Of a DNA stretch of 64,000 nt, positions 1 to 10,599 are shown one piece after another. The notes under the pieces are model-generated. The model did not search any database. It saw only the letters and a list, made by a program, of their open reading frames with translations, and had not been told where the DNA came from. Each line of letters begins with the position of its first letter. The first letter of the stretch is position 1. The stretch comes from an uncultured Gemmatimonadales bacterium (lineage in GTDB: Bacteria > Gemmatimonadota > Gemmatimonadetes > Gemmatimonadales > GWC2-71-9): positions 32,001 through 96,000 of the forward strand of contig CAWJMT010000004.1 of the NCBI GenBank assembly GCA_963844035.1, in the 5' to 3' direction. The translations under genes and the position numbers were made by a program.

Positions 1-222
1 TTCGCCGGCAACATCGGGTCCAACCGCCGCCTCGAGTACACCGTCATCGGCGACGCCGTCAACACGGCGAGCCGGCTCTGCTCGTCAGCCGGCCCCAACG
101 AGATCCTGATTTCGGAGTCGTTCTACCAGCAGCTCAAGGACCCTCCCACGGTCGAAGCCCTGGAGCCGGTGCAGGTGAAGGGGAAGTCGAAGCGGGTGCA
201 GGTCTACCGGGTGAAACGGTAG
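1..222 (+). CDS. Class III adenylate/guanylate cyclase, C-terminal part (5' end outside window)
   Basis: Frame 1 reads FAGNIGSNRRLEYTVIGDAVNTASRLC...VQVKGK...TAG; GDAVNTASRL is the class III cyclase catalytic motif. Confidence 0.9.
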   Translation, partial: FAGNIGSNRRLEYTVIGDAVNTASRLCSSAGPNEILISESFYQQLKDPPTVEALEPVQVKGKSKRVQVYRVKR

Positions 223-783
223 GGACGGCCGAACTGCACGAGCAGGTCGAGCACCAGCCGCAGCGGTAAGCCCATCACACTGAAGAAGTCCCCTCGAATT
301 CCTTCCACCAGAGCCGCTCCGCGCCCCTGGACCGCATAGGCGCCCGCCTTGTCCATCGGCTCGTCGGTCGAGACATAGCCCGTCGATGGTCTCGCGGTCG
401 AGCGTGCGGAAGGTCACGTCGGTGACGTCGAGGGCATGCAACACGCGGGTGCCCAGGGCCAGCGCGACGCCCGTCATCACGTGGTGCGTGCGCCCCGAGA
501 GCTTCCCCAGCATCACCGCGGCCTCCTCGTGCGACACAGGTTTGCCCATCACCTCGCCGCGGATCACCACGGTCGTGTCGGCGCCCAGCACCAGCTCCGC
601 GGGCTCGTGCGCCGCGACCGCCGCCGCCTTGGCGCGCGCCAGGCGGACCACGTAGGCCTCAGGGGCCTCGCCGGGGCCGCGGGTCTCGTCCACGTCCGGC
701 ACGACCACGCGGCAGGGGATCCCGAGCATCTGGAGCAGCTGCAGGCGGCGCGGGCTGCCGCTCGCCAACATGATCGGCTTCAC
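204..783 (-). CDS. maf: Maf/YhdE nucleoside triphosphate pyrophosphatase (frameshift near 380)
   Basis: LASGSPRR, GADTTV and GKP motifs; the other frame continues EPMDKAGAYAVQG...VMGLP to a stop at 204. Confidence 0.9.
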
Positions 784-1224
784 TTCTCGAGGATCAGTGT
801 GACGGGGCCATCGTTCACGAGCTCGACTTCCATTGAGGCGGCGAACTCTCCGGTTTCGACCCGCATGCCCCCACTGCGCTCCCGCAGCAGCGCCACGAAC
901 CGCTCGTACAGCGGGAGCGCCACGCCGGGCGCCGCGGCGGCGGTGAAGCTCGGCCGCCGGCCCTTGAAGGCGTCCCCGTACAGTGTGAATTGGGAAACGA
1001 CGAGGAGCGCCCCACCCACCTCGTCCAGGTCGAGGTTCATCTTGCCCTGCGCGTCGCCGAGCAGCCGGAGGCCGAGGATCTTCTCGGCCATCCAGTCGAG
1101 CGTCGCTTCGTTGTCCGTTGGGGCGAAACCCACGAGGATGAGATACCCAGGGCCGATCTTCCCGGTCACGCTACCGCCGAGCGCGAACTTCGGCTCGGGA
1201 GACGCGCTGCAGCACGACTCTCAC
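780..1224 (-). CDS. dtd: D-aminoacyl-tRNA deacylase (frameshift near 1185)
   Basis: N-terminus MRVVLQRVSRA read from GTG at 1224; VSQFTL, GRRPSF and NDGPVT motifs. Confidence 0.95.
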
Positions 1225-1242
1225 CGGACGCCTCCCTGATCC

Positions 1243-1312
1243 GGCAGGCGGGTGGGCGGGTGGGCGGGAAGCCACTCGATTACCCGCCTTCCCGCCCTCC
1301 CGCCTTCCCGCC
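1243..1312. repeat. Inverted repeat built from GGCGGG-containing octamer units
   Basis: Left arm ggcaggcg-ggtgggcg-ggtgggcg-ggaa; right arm acccgcct-tcccgccc-tcccgcct-tcccgcc; lies between the glmS stop and the dtd start. Confidence 0.8.
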
Positions 1313-3145
1313 TCATTCTACTGTCACTGACTTTGCAAGGTTTCGCGGCTGATCGACATTGCACCCCCGCCGCACCGCGATGTAGTACGCGAGCAGCTGC
1401 AGGGGCAGCACCGTAAGGATCGGTGTGAGCAGGTCGAGCGTTTCCGGAACTTCGATGCGGTGTTCGGCGAGCTTGGCCAGTCCGGTGTCGCCTTCGGTCA
1501 CGACGGCGATGACCCGCCCGCCGCGGGCTTTTACCTCTTCCACGTTACTGACGATCTTCTGGTAGACCGCGTCCCGCGGGGCGACGAAAACCACCGGCAT
1601 CAGCTCGTCGATCAGCGCGATCGGCCCGTGCTTCATCTCGGCCGCCGGGTACCCTTCCGCGTGGATGTAGGAAATCTCCTTCAGCTTGAGGGCGCCCTCG
1701 AGTCCGACCGGGAAGTTGTAGCCGCGTCCCAGGTACAACACGTTGCTCGCCCGCATCAACCCCTCCGCCAGCTGCTCGACCTCGGACGCTTTGTCGAGCA
1801 CCCGCCGCACCAGCTGTGGGAGGCGCGCCAGCGAGCGCACGACTTCCCTGCCCTGCAGGATCGACAGCGCCCGCAGCCGCCCGATCTTGAGCGTGAGCAG
1901 GGCGAGCGCGGCGATCTGGCTGGTGAACGCCTTGGTGCTCGCCACGCCGATTTCGGGGCCGGCGTGGAGGTAGATGCCCCCCTCCACTTCACGCGCGATG
2001 GTGCTGCCGACCACGTTCACGATCCCGAGCGTGCGTGCCCCGCGGCGCTTGGCCTCGCGCAGGGCGGCGAGCGTGTCCGCCGTCTCGCCCGACTGGGACA
2101 GGCCGATCACGAGCGTCCGCTCGTCCACGATCGGATTGCGGTAGCGGAACTCGGAGGCGTACTCGACCTCCGTCGGGATGCGGGCCAGCTCCTCCATCAT
2201 GTACTCGCCGATCAGCGCCGCATGCCACGACGTGCCGCACGCCGTGATCACGATGCGGTCAATCTTGAGCAGGTCCTCATTGGACAGGTTGAGGCCGCCG
2301 AGCCGGGCGGTGCCCTCTTCTTCGAGCAGCCGGCCCCGCAGCGTGTTCCGCAGGCTCTCGGGCTGCTCCATGATTTCCTTCAGCATGAAGTGCGCAAAAC
2401 CGCCACGCTCGATCGTGCCCAGGTCCCACTCGACATGGGTCACGGGCTTCGCCTTCTCGACGGCGTCCATGTCGATGATGCGGTACTCGTCGGGCCGCAC
2501 CACCGCGATGTCGCCGTCGTCCAGGTACACAACCGAGCGCGTGTGGGGCAGGACCGCCGAGGCGTCCGACGCGACGAAGTTCTCGTGGTTTCCGATCGCC
2601 ACGAGGAGAGGTGAGCCCCGCCGCGCCGCGACCACCGTGTCGGGCTCCCGGGTCGAGAGCACCGCGATCCCGTAGGTCCCCTCGACCTGGCGCAGCGCAC
2701 CGGCGACTGCCTCAACCAGCGAGCGTCCGCTGCCGTGCAGGTCCTCGATCAGGTGCGACAGTACTTCGGTGTCGGTTTCCGAGCGGAAGACGTGACCCCG
2801 TTTGGTGAGCGCGGTGCGCAGGGTGTCGGCGTTCTCGATGATCCCGTTGTGCGCCAGGGCAATCGTCCCGCCGCAATCGGTGTGCGGGTGCGCGTTGATG
2901 GTATTGGGAACGCCGTGGGTGGCCCAGCGCGTGTGGGCGATGCCGGTCCGCCCGGCGGGGAGCGAAGCGCCGAGCGCCTTTTCGAGCGCGGCGATCTTGC
3001 CGGCGGCTTTGTGGACCTCGATGCGTCCCTGGTCGACCAGCGCCAGGCCGGCCGAGTCATAACCGCGGTACTCGAGGCGCTTGAGCCCTTCGAGGAGTAG
3101 GGGAGCGGCCTGTCGCGCCCCGGTGTAACCGACGATACCGCACAT
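1313..3145 (-). CDS. glmS: Glutamine-fructose-6-phosphate transaminase
   Basis: MCGIVG N-terminus, LEYRGYDSAG, HTRWATHG, SQSGETADT, C-terminal PRNLAKSVTVE. Confidence 0.99.
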   Translation of the reverse strand: MCGIVGYTGARQAAPLLLEGLKRLEYRGYDSAGLALVDQGRIEVHKAAGKIAALEKALGASLPAGRTGIAHTRWATHGVPNTINAHPHTDCGGTIALAHNGIIENADTLRTALTKRGHVFRSETDTEVLSHLIEDLHGSGRSLVEAVAGALRQVEGTYGIAVLSTREPDTVVAARRGSPLLVAIGNHENFVASDASAVLPHTRSVVYLDDGDIAVVRPDEYRIIDMDAVEKAKPVTHVEWDLGTIERGGFAHFMLKEIMEQPESLRNTLRGRLLEEEGTARLGGLNLSNEDLLKIDRIVITACGTSWHAALIGEYMMEELARIPTEVEYASEFRYRNPIVDERTLVIGLSQSGETADTLAALREAKRRGARTLGIVNVVGSTIAREVEGGIYLHAGPEIGVASTKAFTSQIAALALLTLKIGRLRALSILQGREVVRSLARLPQLVRRVLDKASEVEQLAEGLMRASNVLYLGRGYNFPVGLEGALKLKEISYIHAEGYPAAEMKHGPIALIDELMPVVFVAPRDAVYQKIVSNVEEVKARGGRVIAVVTEGDTGLAKLAEHRIEVPETLDLLTPILTVLPLQLLAYYIAVRRGCNVDQPRNLAKSVTVE

Positions 3146-3192
3146 GGGGTCCAAAGATAACGCCGCGGGCGGGTGGGCGGGCAGGCGGCCCG

Positions 3193-4506
3193 TCAGGCAC
3201 GCGGGACTGGTGTCCGCCGATCACCGCGAGCGTCGAGCACCTCACGTACCTTCCGAGCCAACACCTCAGCCCCGAACGGCTTCTGCAGAAACGCGAGGCC
3301 GGGCTCCAGAAGCCCTTGCCGCACGATTGAGGCGTCGGGATAGCCGGACACGTACAGGACCTTCGTCTCCGGGTGCATAGGTTCAAGCAGGAGCGCGACC
3401 TCGCGGCCGTGCATGCCCGGCATGACCACATCGGTGACAAGCAGGTGGATAGGTCCCGAGTGGCGCTCCGCCAGCCGCAGCGCCTCGTCGCCCCGCGCGG
3501 CGGAGAGGACCGTGTAACCCCGAGCCTCGAGCATACGTCGGGTCAGCCGGAGTACCTCTTCCTGGTCCTCGACGACCAGGACAACCTCCGAGCCCCGCAG
3601 CGGAACGGTGGTCTCATCCTTCGCCACAACCGCCTCCGCGACCACCCCGGAGCGCGGCAAGTAGACCTTGAACGTCGAGCCGTGGCCTTTTTCGCTATAG
3701 GCCCAGATGTAACCGCCACTCTGTTTTACAATGCCGTACACGGTGGCCAGTCCCAGGCCGGTGCCCTCACCCTCCCTCTTGGTGGTGAAGAACGGCTCAA
3801 ACAGGCGCGCCCTGGTCGCCGCATCCATTCCGACGCCGGTGTCGGTAACAGCCAGGAGCACGTACAGTCCCGGCTGGGCCTGGATGTGCCGCTCGGCGTA
3901 GATCCCGTCCAGCTCGACGTTGGCAGTCTCTACCGTGATTTTTCCGCCTCGCGGCATCGCATCCCGGGCATTCACCGTCAAGTTCACAATGACCTGTTCC
4001 AGCTGCCCAGGGTCGGCCCGAACAGCGCTCAAGTCAGACGCGAGAGCCGTGTGCAGCTCGATGTCCTCCCCGATCAGTCGCCCGAGCAATTCCCGTGTAT
4101 CCGCGACCAGCGCATTCAGGTCCACCACCCGCGGTTCGAGCACCTGCTGCCGGCTGAAGACGAGCAGCTGGCGGGTGAGCCCGGCGGCGCGCTGCCCAGC
4201 CCTGCGAATCTCGGCGACATCCTCGTGTGTCCCCGATCCCGGCACGAGGTCCGCGAGCAGCAGCTCGGTGCTCCCAAGGATAGCCGTGAGGATGTTGTTG
4301 AAATCGTGCGCGATGCCTCCCGCCAGCCGTCCGACGGCCTCCATCTTCTGCGCCTGACGATACTGGACTTCGAGCTGCCGAATCTCGGTCAGATCAGCCG
4401 CAATCGACAACATGCCGGAGACCTGCCCGCGCGCACTGTACAACGGCGCGGCGGACAGGCTGATGGTGACCGAAGAACCATCCTTGCATCGGTGCACCAC
4501 TTCCAC
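3193..4506 (-). CDS. Hybrid sensor histidine kinase (partial PAS/PAC + HisKA + HATPase + REC), apparently N-truncated
   Basis: CKDGS PAC motif, AGGIAHDFNN H-box, VNARDAM N-box, FEPFFTTK, GTGLGL, receiver VLVVED...TDVVMP...KPF. Confidence 0.9.
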   Translation of the reverse strand: MEVVHRCKDGSSVTISLSAAPLYSARGQVSGMLSIAADLTEIRQLEVQYRQAQKMEAVGRLAGGIAHDFNNILTAILGSTELLLADLVPGSGTHEDVAEIRRAGQRAAGLTRQLLVFSRQQVLEPRVVDLNALVADTRELLGRLIGEDIELHTALASDLSAVRADPGQLEQVIVNLTVNARDAMPRGGKITVETANVELDGIYAERHIQAQPGLYVLLAVTDTGVGMDAATRARLFEPFFTTKREGEGTGLGLATVYGIVKQSGGYIWAYSEKGHGSTFKVYLPRSGVVAEAVVAKDETTVPLRGSEVVLVVEDQEEVLRLTRRMLEARGYTVLSAARGDEALRLAERHSGPIHLLVTDVVMPGMHGREVALLLEPMHPETKVLYVSGYPDASIVRQGLLEPGLAFLQKPFGAEVLARKVREVLDARGDRRTPVPRA

Positions 4507-4527
4507 TGAATGACCGCCGGCTCTCGC

Positions 4528-5926
4528 CTACGCCGCCCCGCACAGCTTCTTCCCCTCGTCCACGAGCTGCTGGGCCTGCCCCGCCCGCCGGCGCCTCGGC
4601 GATCAGGCGGATGATCGGCTCGGTATTCGACGGCCGCACGTGCAGCCAGCGATCGGGCCACGCGAGCCGCAGGCCGTCCTGGGTATCCACGGTGGCATCG
4701 CTGAACCGTTTGCGCAGCGCGGCGTACACCGCGTCGAGCGCGGGCCCGCGCGGCGTCTTGGCCTTCACGATCGTGTAGCGCGGCGACGCCGCGACGATCT
4801 CGCTCACCCTCCGGCCGCTGCGCGCCAGCAGCGTCAGCGCGAGCGCCGCGGCCACGGGCGCGTCGCGGCCGGCGTGCAGCGTCGGATAGATCACGCCCCC
4901 GTTCCCTTCGCCCCCGATGACCGCGCCCAGGTCCACCATGCGGTGCGCCACGTGCGCCTCCCCGACGGGAGTCCGCACCACCGTCGCGCCGCAATCGCGC
5001 GCCGCGTCTTCGACGACGAGGCTGGTGGAAAGGTTGCACACCACGGCGAGCCGGTTGGGCGGATAGGAAATCAGCGGCGACCGGGCGCCCGCCGTCGGAT
5101 CGCCGAGGACGGCGCGCACCGCGAACGCGAGGGTGTAGTCCTCGCCGATCGGCCTGCCGGTCTCGTCCACGATCGCCAGCCGGTCCACGTCCGGGTCCAC
5201 CGCGATGCCCAGCGCCGCGGCCGATTTGCGCACCGCGGTGCCGAGCGCGCTCAGGTGCTCCGGAATGGGCTCGGGGGCGCGGGGAAACAGGCCATCGGGC
5301 GTGAGCTCGAGGCCCCACACGGCGCACCCCAGGCGCTCGAGCAGCGCGGGCATGATGACGCCCCCCGCCCCGCGCACCGTGTCGAGCGCCACGCGCATGC
5401 CGCGCTTGCGGATCGCCTCGACGTCCACCGCCGGCAGCGCGAGCACGCTTTCGATGTGCCGCTCGATGGCGCCGCCGTCCACCGTGACCCGTCCCCCATC
5501 CCCCGTCCCCCGTCCCTCGTGCTCGTCACTCGCCGCCCAATCCCGCACCCGGACCCCTTCGGCGCCGTCGAGAAAGATCCCGTCGCCGCCGATGAACTTG
5601 AGCGCGTTCCATTCGCTGGGGTTGTGGCTCGCGGTGACGGCGATGCCGCCGCCCGCGTGGTGATAGGTGACGGCCAGCTGGATCGTGGGGGTGGGGACCA
5701 GGCCGACGTCGATCACGTCGCACCCGGCCGCGATGAGGCCCTCGTGCACGGCCTGCGCGAACCGCGGGCCCGACGGGCGGGAGTCGCGGCCCACCACGAC
5801 GAGCGGCTTGCGCTCGCCCGCCCAGCGGCCGAACGCGCGCGCCCACCGCGCCACGATGTCCGGGGTGAGGTCCTTGTCGACGATCCCGCGCACGCCGGAC
5901 ACGCCGACCATCAAGGTGTCGGTCAT
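4528..5926 (-). CDS. glmM: Phosphoglucosamine mutase / phosphohexomutase (frameshift near 4585)
   Basis: GVSGVRG, TASHNP phosphoserine loop, DPDVDR metal loop, GGEGNGG, RPSNTEP; close to glmS. Confidence 0.85.
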
Positions 5927-5939
5927 CGGACGGCGCGCC

Positions 5940-7038
5940 TCAAGTGGTGGCGTCGGCGGGTCGGGGCTGCTCCGCGACGGGAGGAAGGTGCAGCGGCCGG
6001 ATCTCCGCCGTGGCGACCGGGAGCGACGCAGGGGTCGGGAACGCGGCCACCAGCGCATCGACCACCGCGGGATCGAACTGGCGCCCCTTCCAGACCTGGA
6101 GCTCTTCGATCGCCTTCTCGATCGACATAGCCGGGCGGTAGGGGCGCACGCTGGTCATGGCGTCGAACGAGTCGGCGACGGTCACGACGCGCACCTCGAG
6201 CGGAATCGCGTCCGACTTCGAGCCCGTCGGGAAACCCCTTGCCGTCGAGCCGCTCGTGGTGATGGCGCACGATGGCGAGCGCGATCGGCGCGTCGCGCAT
6301 CAGCGGCTCGAGAATCCGGGCGCCGATCGTGGGGTGCTCCATGATGTGGCGGTACTCCGCATCCGTGAGCTTGGCCGGCTTGTTGAGCACCGCTTCGCTC
6401 ACGCCGATCTTCCCGATGTCGTGCAGCTCGGCGCCGAGCGCGATCACGTCCACCGCTTCCTGGCTCATCCCCAGCCGCTGGGCGATGCCGACGGAGTACT
6501 TGGTGACCCGCACCGAGTGGCCCCGCAGGTACGTGTCCTTCTCTTCGAGAAAATGGACCAGGGCCTGGAGCCGCTCGAGCGACAGCTCCTCGATGCGGCG
6601 CGCCTGTTCCTTGACGCGCGCCTCGAGCTCGTGCCGGTAACCTTCGACTTCCATCTTGAGGCGCCGCTTGTCGAGGGCCTGCATGACCCGGGCGCGCACC
6701 TCGTCCAGGTGGAACGGCTTGGCCACGTAGTCGAGCGCGCCGAGCTGGAGGCACGCGACCGCGCTTTCGACCTCGGCGACGGCGGTGACCATGATGACGG
6801 CGGTGTCGGGCCAGCGGGCAATGATCTCCCGCAGCAGCGCCACCCCGTCCATCTCGGGCATCCGCAGGTCGGAGATCACCAGGGGAGCAGGCTCGGCCTG
6901 CATCAACTCGAGCGCTTCCGTGCCGGAGCCCGCTTCGCGGCAAATGAAGCCTTCTCCCTCGAGCAGGCGCACGAGGACGCGACGGAGCCGCGGTTCATCG
7001 TCGACGACGAGGCACCGCGAGGCGTTGGACTCTGGCAT
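5940..7038 (-). CDS. Response regulator with HD-GYP c-di-GMP phosphodiesterase domain (frameshift near 6220)
   Basis: REC domain (LVVDDE, DLRMP, KPF), then GHSVRV, LHDIGKIG, HHHERLDGKGFPDGL, VADSFDAMTSVRPYR. Confidence 0.92.
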
Positions 7039-7094
7039 TGCAGCTAACGTAAAGGTCGCTTGCTCGGCGCGAAAGGCACCCTTACGTTCCCGCC

Positions 7095-8318
7095 ATGACG
7101 CAGGTGTCAGGGAAGGACCTCGATCGTCGCTTCGCCACCCGCGCGGTGCATGCGGGAGCAACCCCCGATCCCCTCGCCGGCGCCGTGATGAGCCCCATCT
7201 ACCAGACCTCCACGTACATCCAGGATGGACTGGGGAGGCACAAAGGCTACGAGTACGCCCGCACCCGCAATCCCACGCGCGAAGCGCTGGAGCGCAACGT
7301 CGCGGCGCTCGAAGGCGGACGCCACGGGTTCGCCTTCGGGTCCGGTCTCGCCGCTCTCGACTCGCTGCTGAAGCTGTTGTCCGCCGGGGATCACGTCGTC
7401 TGCGGTGAAAACGTGTACGGCGGCACGCATCGCCAGATGACGCACATCTGGGCCCGCCACGGCCTCACGTTCACCTTCGTGGACACGGCCGACGCGCAGC
7501 GGATCGCCGATGCCGTCACGCCCGCCACGCGGATGATCTTCGTCGAGACGCCGACGAACCCCCTGATGCGCCTGTGCGATCTGGCCGCGGCGGCCGAGAT
7601 CGCGCGCCGCGCGCACGGCTGGCTCGTGGTGGACAACACGTTCGCAACGCCGTTCTTTCAGCGTCCGCTCGAGCTCGGGGCCGACGTGGTGCTCCACTCC
7701 ACGACCAAGTACCTGAACGGGCACAGCGATATGATCGGCGGCCTGCTCGTGGTGCAGGACGACGATGTGGCCGCGCGCGTGGGGTTTATCCAGAACGCCG
7801 CCGGCGCCGTTCCCGGCCCGTTCGACTGCTGGTTGTGCCTGCGCGGCACCAAGACGCTCGCCCTGCGGATGCGCCAGCACGACGCCAGCGGGCGGCGGAT
7901 CGCCCAGTGGCTCGAGCAGCACCCCAGGGTGCAGCGCGTCTATTACCCAGGCCTTCCGTCCCACCCGGAGCACGCCCTCGCCTGCCGCCAGATGACGGGG
8001 TTCGGGGGGATGGTGAGCATCGAGCTGGGGTCGCTCGAGCGCGCCACGCGGTTCGCCGAGAGCACCAAGGTCTTCGCGCTCGCCGAGTCGCTGGGCGGCG
8101 TTGAGAGCCTGGTCGGCCATCCCGCGTCGATGACCCACGCCAGCGTGCCGCGCGAGATGCGGGACGCGATGGGCCTGACCGACGGCCTGGTGCGGCTGTC
8201 GGTCGGGATCGAGGACGTGGAGGATTTGATCGCGGATCTGGAGCAGGCGCTGAACGCGGGGGAACGGAGGCTGAGGAAAGAGGTCAGGTTCACGCACCAG
8301 CAGAGGAGCCTTGTATGA
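7095..8318 (+). CDS. Cystathionine gamma-synthase/lyase family PLP enzyme
   Basis: YEYARTRNPT, ETPTNP, VDNTFATP, HSTTKYLNGHSD (PLP lysine), AESLGGVESL. Confidence 0.95.
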   Translation: MTQVSGKDLDRRFATRAVHAGATPDPLAGAVMSPIYQTSTYIQDGLGRHKGYEYARTRNPTREALERNVAALEGGRHGFAFGSGLAALDSLLKLLSAGDHVVCGENVYGGTHRQMTHIWARHGLTFTFVDTADAQRIADAVTPATRMIFVETPTNPLMRLCDLAAAAEIARRAHGWLVVDNTFATPFFQRPLELGADVVLHSTTKYLNGHSDMIGGLLVVQDDDVAARVGFIQNAAGAVPGPFDCWLCLRGTKTLALRMRQHDASGRRIAQWLEQHPRVQRVYYPGLPSHPEHALACRQMTGFGGMVSIELGSLERATRFAESTKVFALAESLGGVESLVGHPASMTHASVPREMRDAMGLTDGLVRLSVGIEDVEDLIADLEQALNAGERRLRKEVRFTHQQRSLV

Positions 8319-9314
8319 CCGAATCCACGTCTCTCCCCACCGCCCGCCCGCGCAAGATTCTCACGCAAATCGCCGCGGTTTCGTGGGAGCACCCCGCCGA
8401 CCGTGCGGCGCTTCAGGGGTTGCGCTCCGTCCCGGGATTCGACGAGGTCGTGAAGAAGATCTTCGGGTTCCTGGGTGAGCGGGGTGTGCGGCTGCTGTTC
8501 CAGGCCGATGCGGTCCGGGTCGGTGCGACCCAGTTCCCCAAGCTCAACGCGCTGTACACCGACGTGCTCACGTCGCTCGACTGGCCCGAGCGTCCGGAGC
8601 TGTTCGTGTCGCAGACGCCGTTCGTGAACGCCGGCGCCTTCGGAATGGACCGGCCCTTTATCGTGATCAACTCGGGCGCGCTGAACCTGTTGGACGACGA
8701 CGAAATGCGCGCGCTGCTCGGACACGAGCTCGGGCACGTGATGAGCGGGCACGCGCTCTATCGTACCATCCTCATCCTGATCCTGAACGTCAGCTTCGCG
8801 TCGCTGCCGTTTCTCGCCGGTCTCGCGCTGCTGCCGGTCCGGATCGCGCTGCTCGAGTGGTACCGCAAGAGCGAGCTGTCGTCCGACCGGGCGGGGCTGC
8901 TGGCGAGCCAGGACGCGACCGCATCGTTGCGCATGTTCCTGAAGATGGCGGGCGGGGGCGACATGAAGCAGATGGATCTGAACGCCTTCCTGGTGCAGGC
9001 CAAGGAGTACGAAGCGTCGGGCGGGGCGCTCGATCGCATCTTCCAGATCCTGAACACCCTCGACCGGACGCACCCGTTCAACACGCTGCGCGCCGCCGAG
9101 CTGCAGCGCTGGATCGAAGGCGGGCGACTACGACCGCATCCTGCGCGGCGAGTACACGCGCCGCGGCCCCGACGCGGCGCAGCGGCCGTTCGAGAAGGAC
9201 CTGGACGACGCCCGCGAGCACTACATGAAGGAAGCCCGGGCCATGGCGAGCGACGTGGTGGACACGGCCAAGCGCGCCGCCCAGGCGTTTACGGACGCGT
9301 TCAAAAAGAAGTGA
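8315..9314 (+). CDS. M48 family (HtpX/Ste24-like) zinc metalloprotease (frameshift near 9120)
   Basis: VNAGAFG, GHELGH (HExxH), ELSSDRAG, THP; C-terminus ...TDAFKKK* lies in the shifted frame. Confidence 0.88.
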
Positions 9315-10599
9315 GAGTTCTGGTCGTCGGCGGGGGCGGCCGCGAGCACGCCTTGTGTTGGGCCCTGCGCCGCGACCTCCCCGAGGCGACGCTGTTCGCC
9401 GCACCCGGGAATCCCGGCACGGCGGCGCTCGCCACCAACCTCTCCATCGCGGCGTCGGCGACGGACGACCTGGTCGCGGCGGCGGCGGCACAGCGCATCG
9501 ATCTCACCGTCATCGGCCCCGAAGGCCCGCTCGCGGCCGGGCTCGCGGACCGGCTCCGCGCGGCCGGCCGGCCGGTATTCGGGCCCACGCAGGCCGCCGC
9601 ACAGCTCGAGTCGTCCAAGGCGTTCGCCAAGGAAGTCATGCGCCGCGCCGGCGTGCCGACGGCCGCGAGCGGCACGTTCTCGGACATGGTCGCGGCGCAG
9701 TTCTTCATCAGCACGCATCCCATGCCGCTCGTCGTCAAGGCATCGGGGCTCGCCGCCGGAAAGGGCGTGATCGTGTGCGAGACCCGCGACGAAGCGCTGC
9801 GCGCGGCGCGAAGCATGCTCGAAGAAAGCGCGTTCGGCGACGCCGGGCGCGAGATCGTGATCGAGGCGTTCCTCGAAGGTGAAGAGCTGTCGGTGCTGGC
9901 GCTGACCGACGGGGAGCGCATCGCCATCCTGCCCCCGGCCCAGGATCACAAGCGGCTGGGCGACGGAGACTCGGGGCCCAATACCGGTGGGATGGGCGCC
10001 TACGCTCCGGTCGGGTTCGCGACGCCCGAGCTGCTGACCCGCGTGCGCCGCGAGGTGCTCGAGCCCACACTGCGGGAGATGGCATCGCGCGGCACCGTGT
10101 ACGCCGGCGTGCTGTATGCCGGGCTGATGGTCGCGACGCGACGGGACGCTGCGCGTGCTCGAGTTCAACTGCCGCTTCGGCGACCCCGAGACGCAGGTCG
10201 TCCTGCCGGTGCTGCGCCGCGGGGCCACCGCGGACCTGGTCGCGATCGCGACGGGCGGGTGGCGACCCAGCGCCGACGTCCTCCCCGCCACCGGCGCGGC
10301 GGTCACCACGGTGCTGGCGGCGCGGGGCTACCCCGAGCACCCCGAATCCGGCGCCGCCATCACCCTGCCGGAGGACCTGGGGCCCGACGTGCTGGTGTTC
10401 CACGCCGGCACCACGCGCGACCCCCAGGGCACGCTGCGCGTCGCGGGCGGGCGCGTGTTCGCCGTGACGGCGTTAGCGGCGAAGCGTGAAGGAGGCGGCC
10501 CGCGCCAGCGCGGCCGCGTGCGCGCGCATCGCGTTCGACGGCAGGACCTACCGCGGCGACATCGCCTGGCGGGAGATCGCGCGTGCCGGAGCTGCCTGA
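9311..10599 (+). CDS. purD: Phosphoribosylamine-glycine ligase (frameshifts near 10140 and 10485)
   Basis: VLVVGGGGREHAL, APGNPG, ESSKAFAK, VKASGLAAGKGV, QDHKR, GPNTGGMGAY, EFNCRFGDPETQ. Confidence 0.96.

Noticed and set aside
3146..3192. glmS ribozyme upstream of glmS
   Set aside because: Only about 47 bp are available, mostly taken by the octamer repeat, and no ribozyme core is recognisable.
8315..10489. Apparent M48 protease-PurD fusion ORF (724 aa)
   Set aside because: Produced by a frameshift near 9120. The protease has its own stop at 9314, overlapping the purD GTG.
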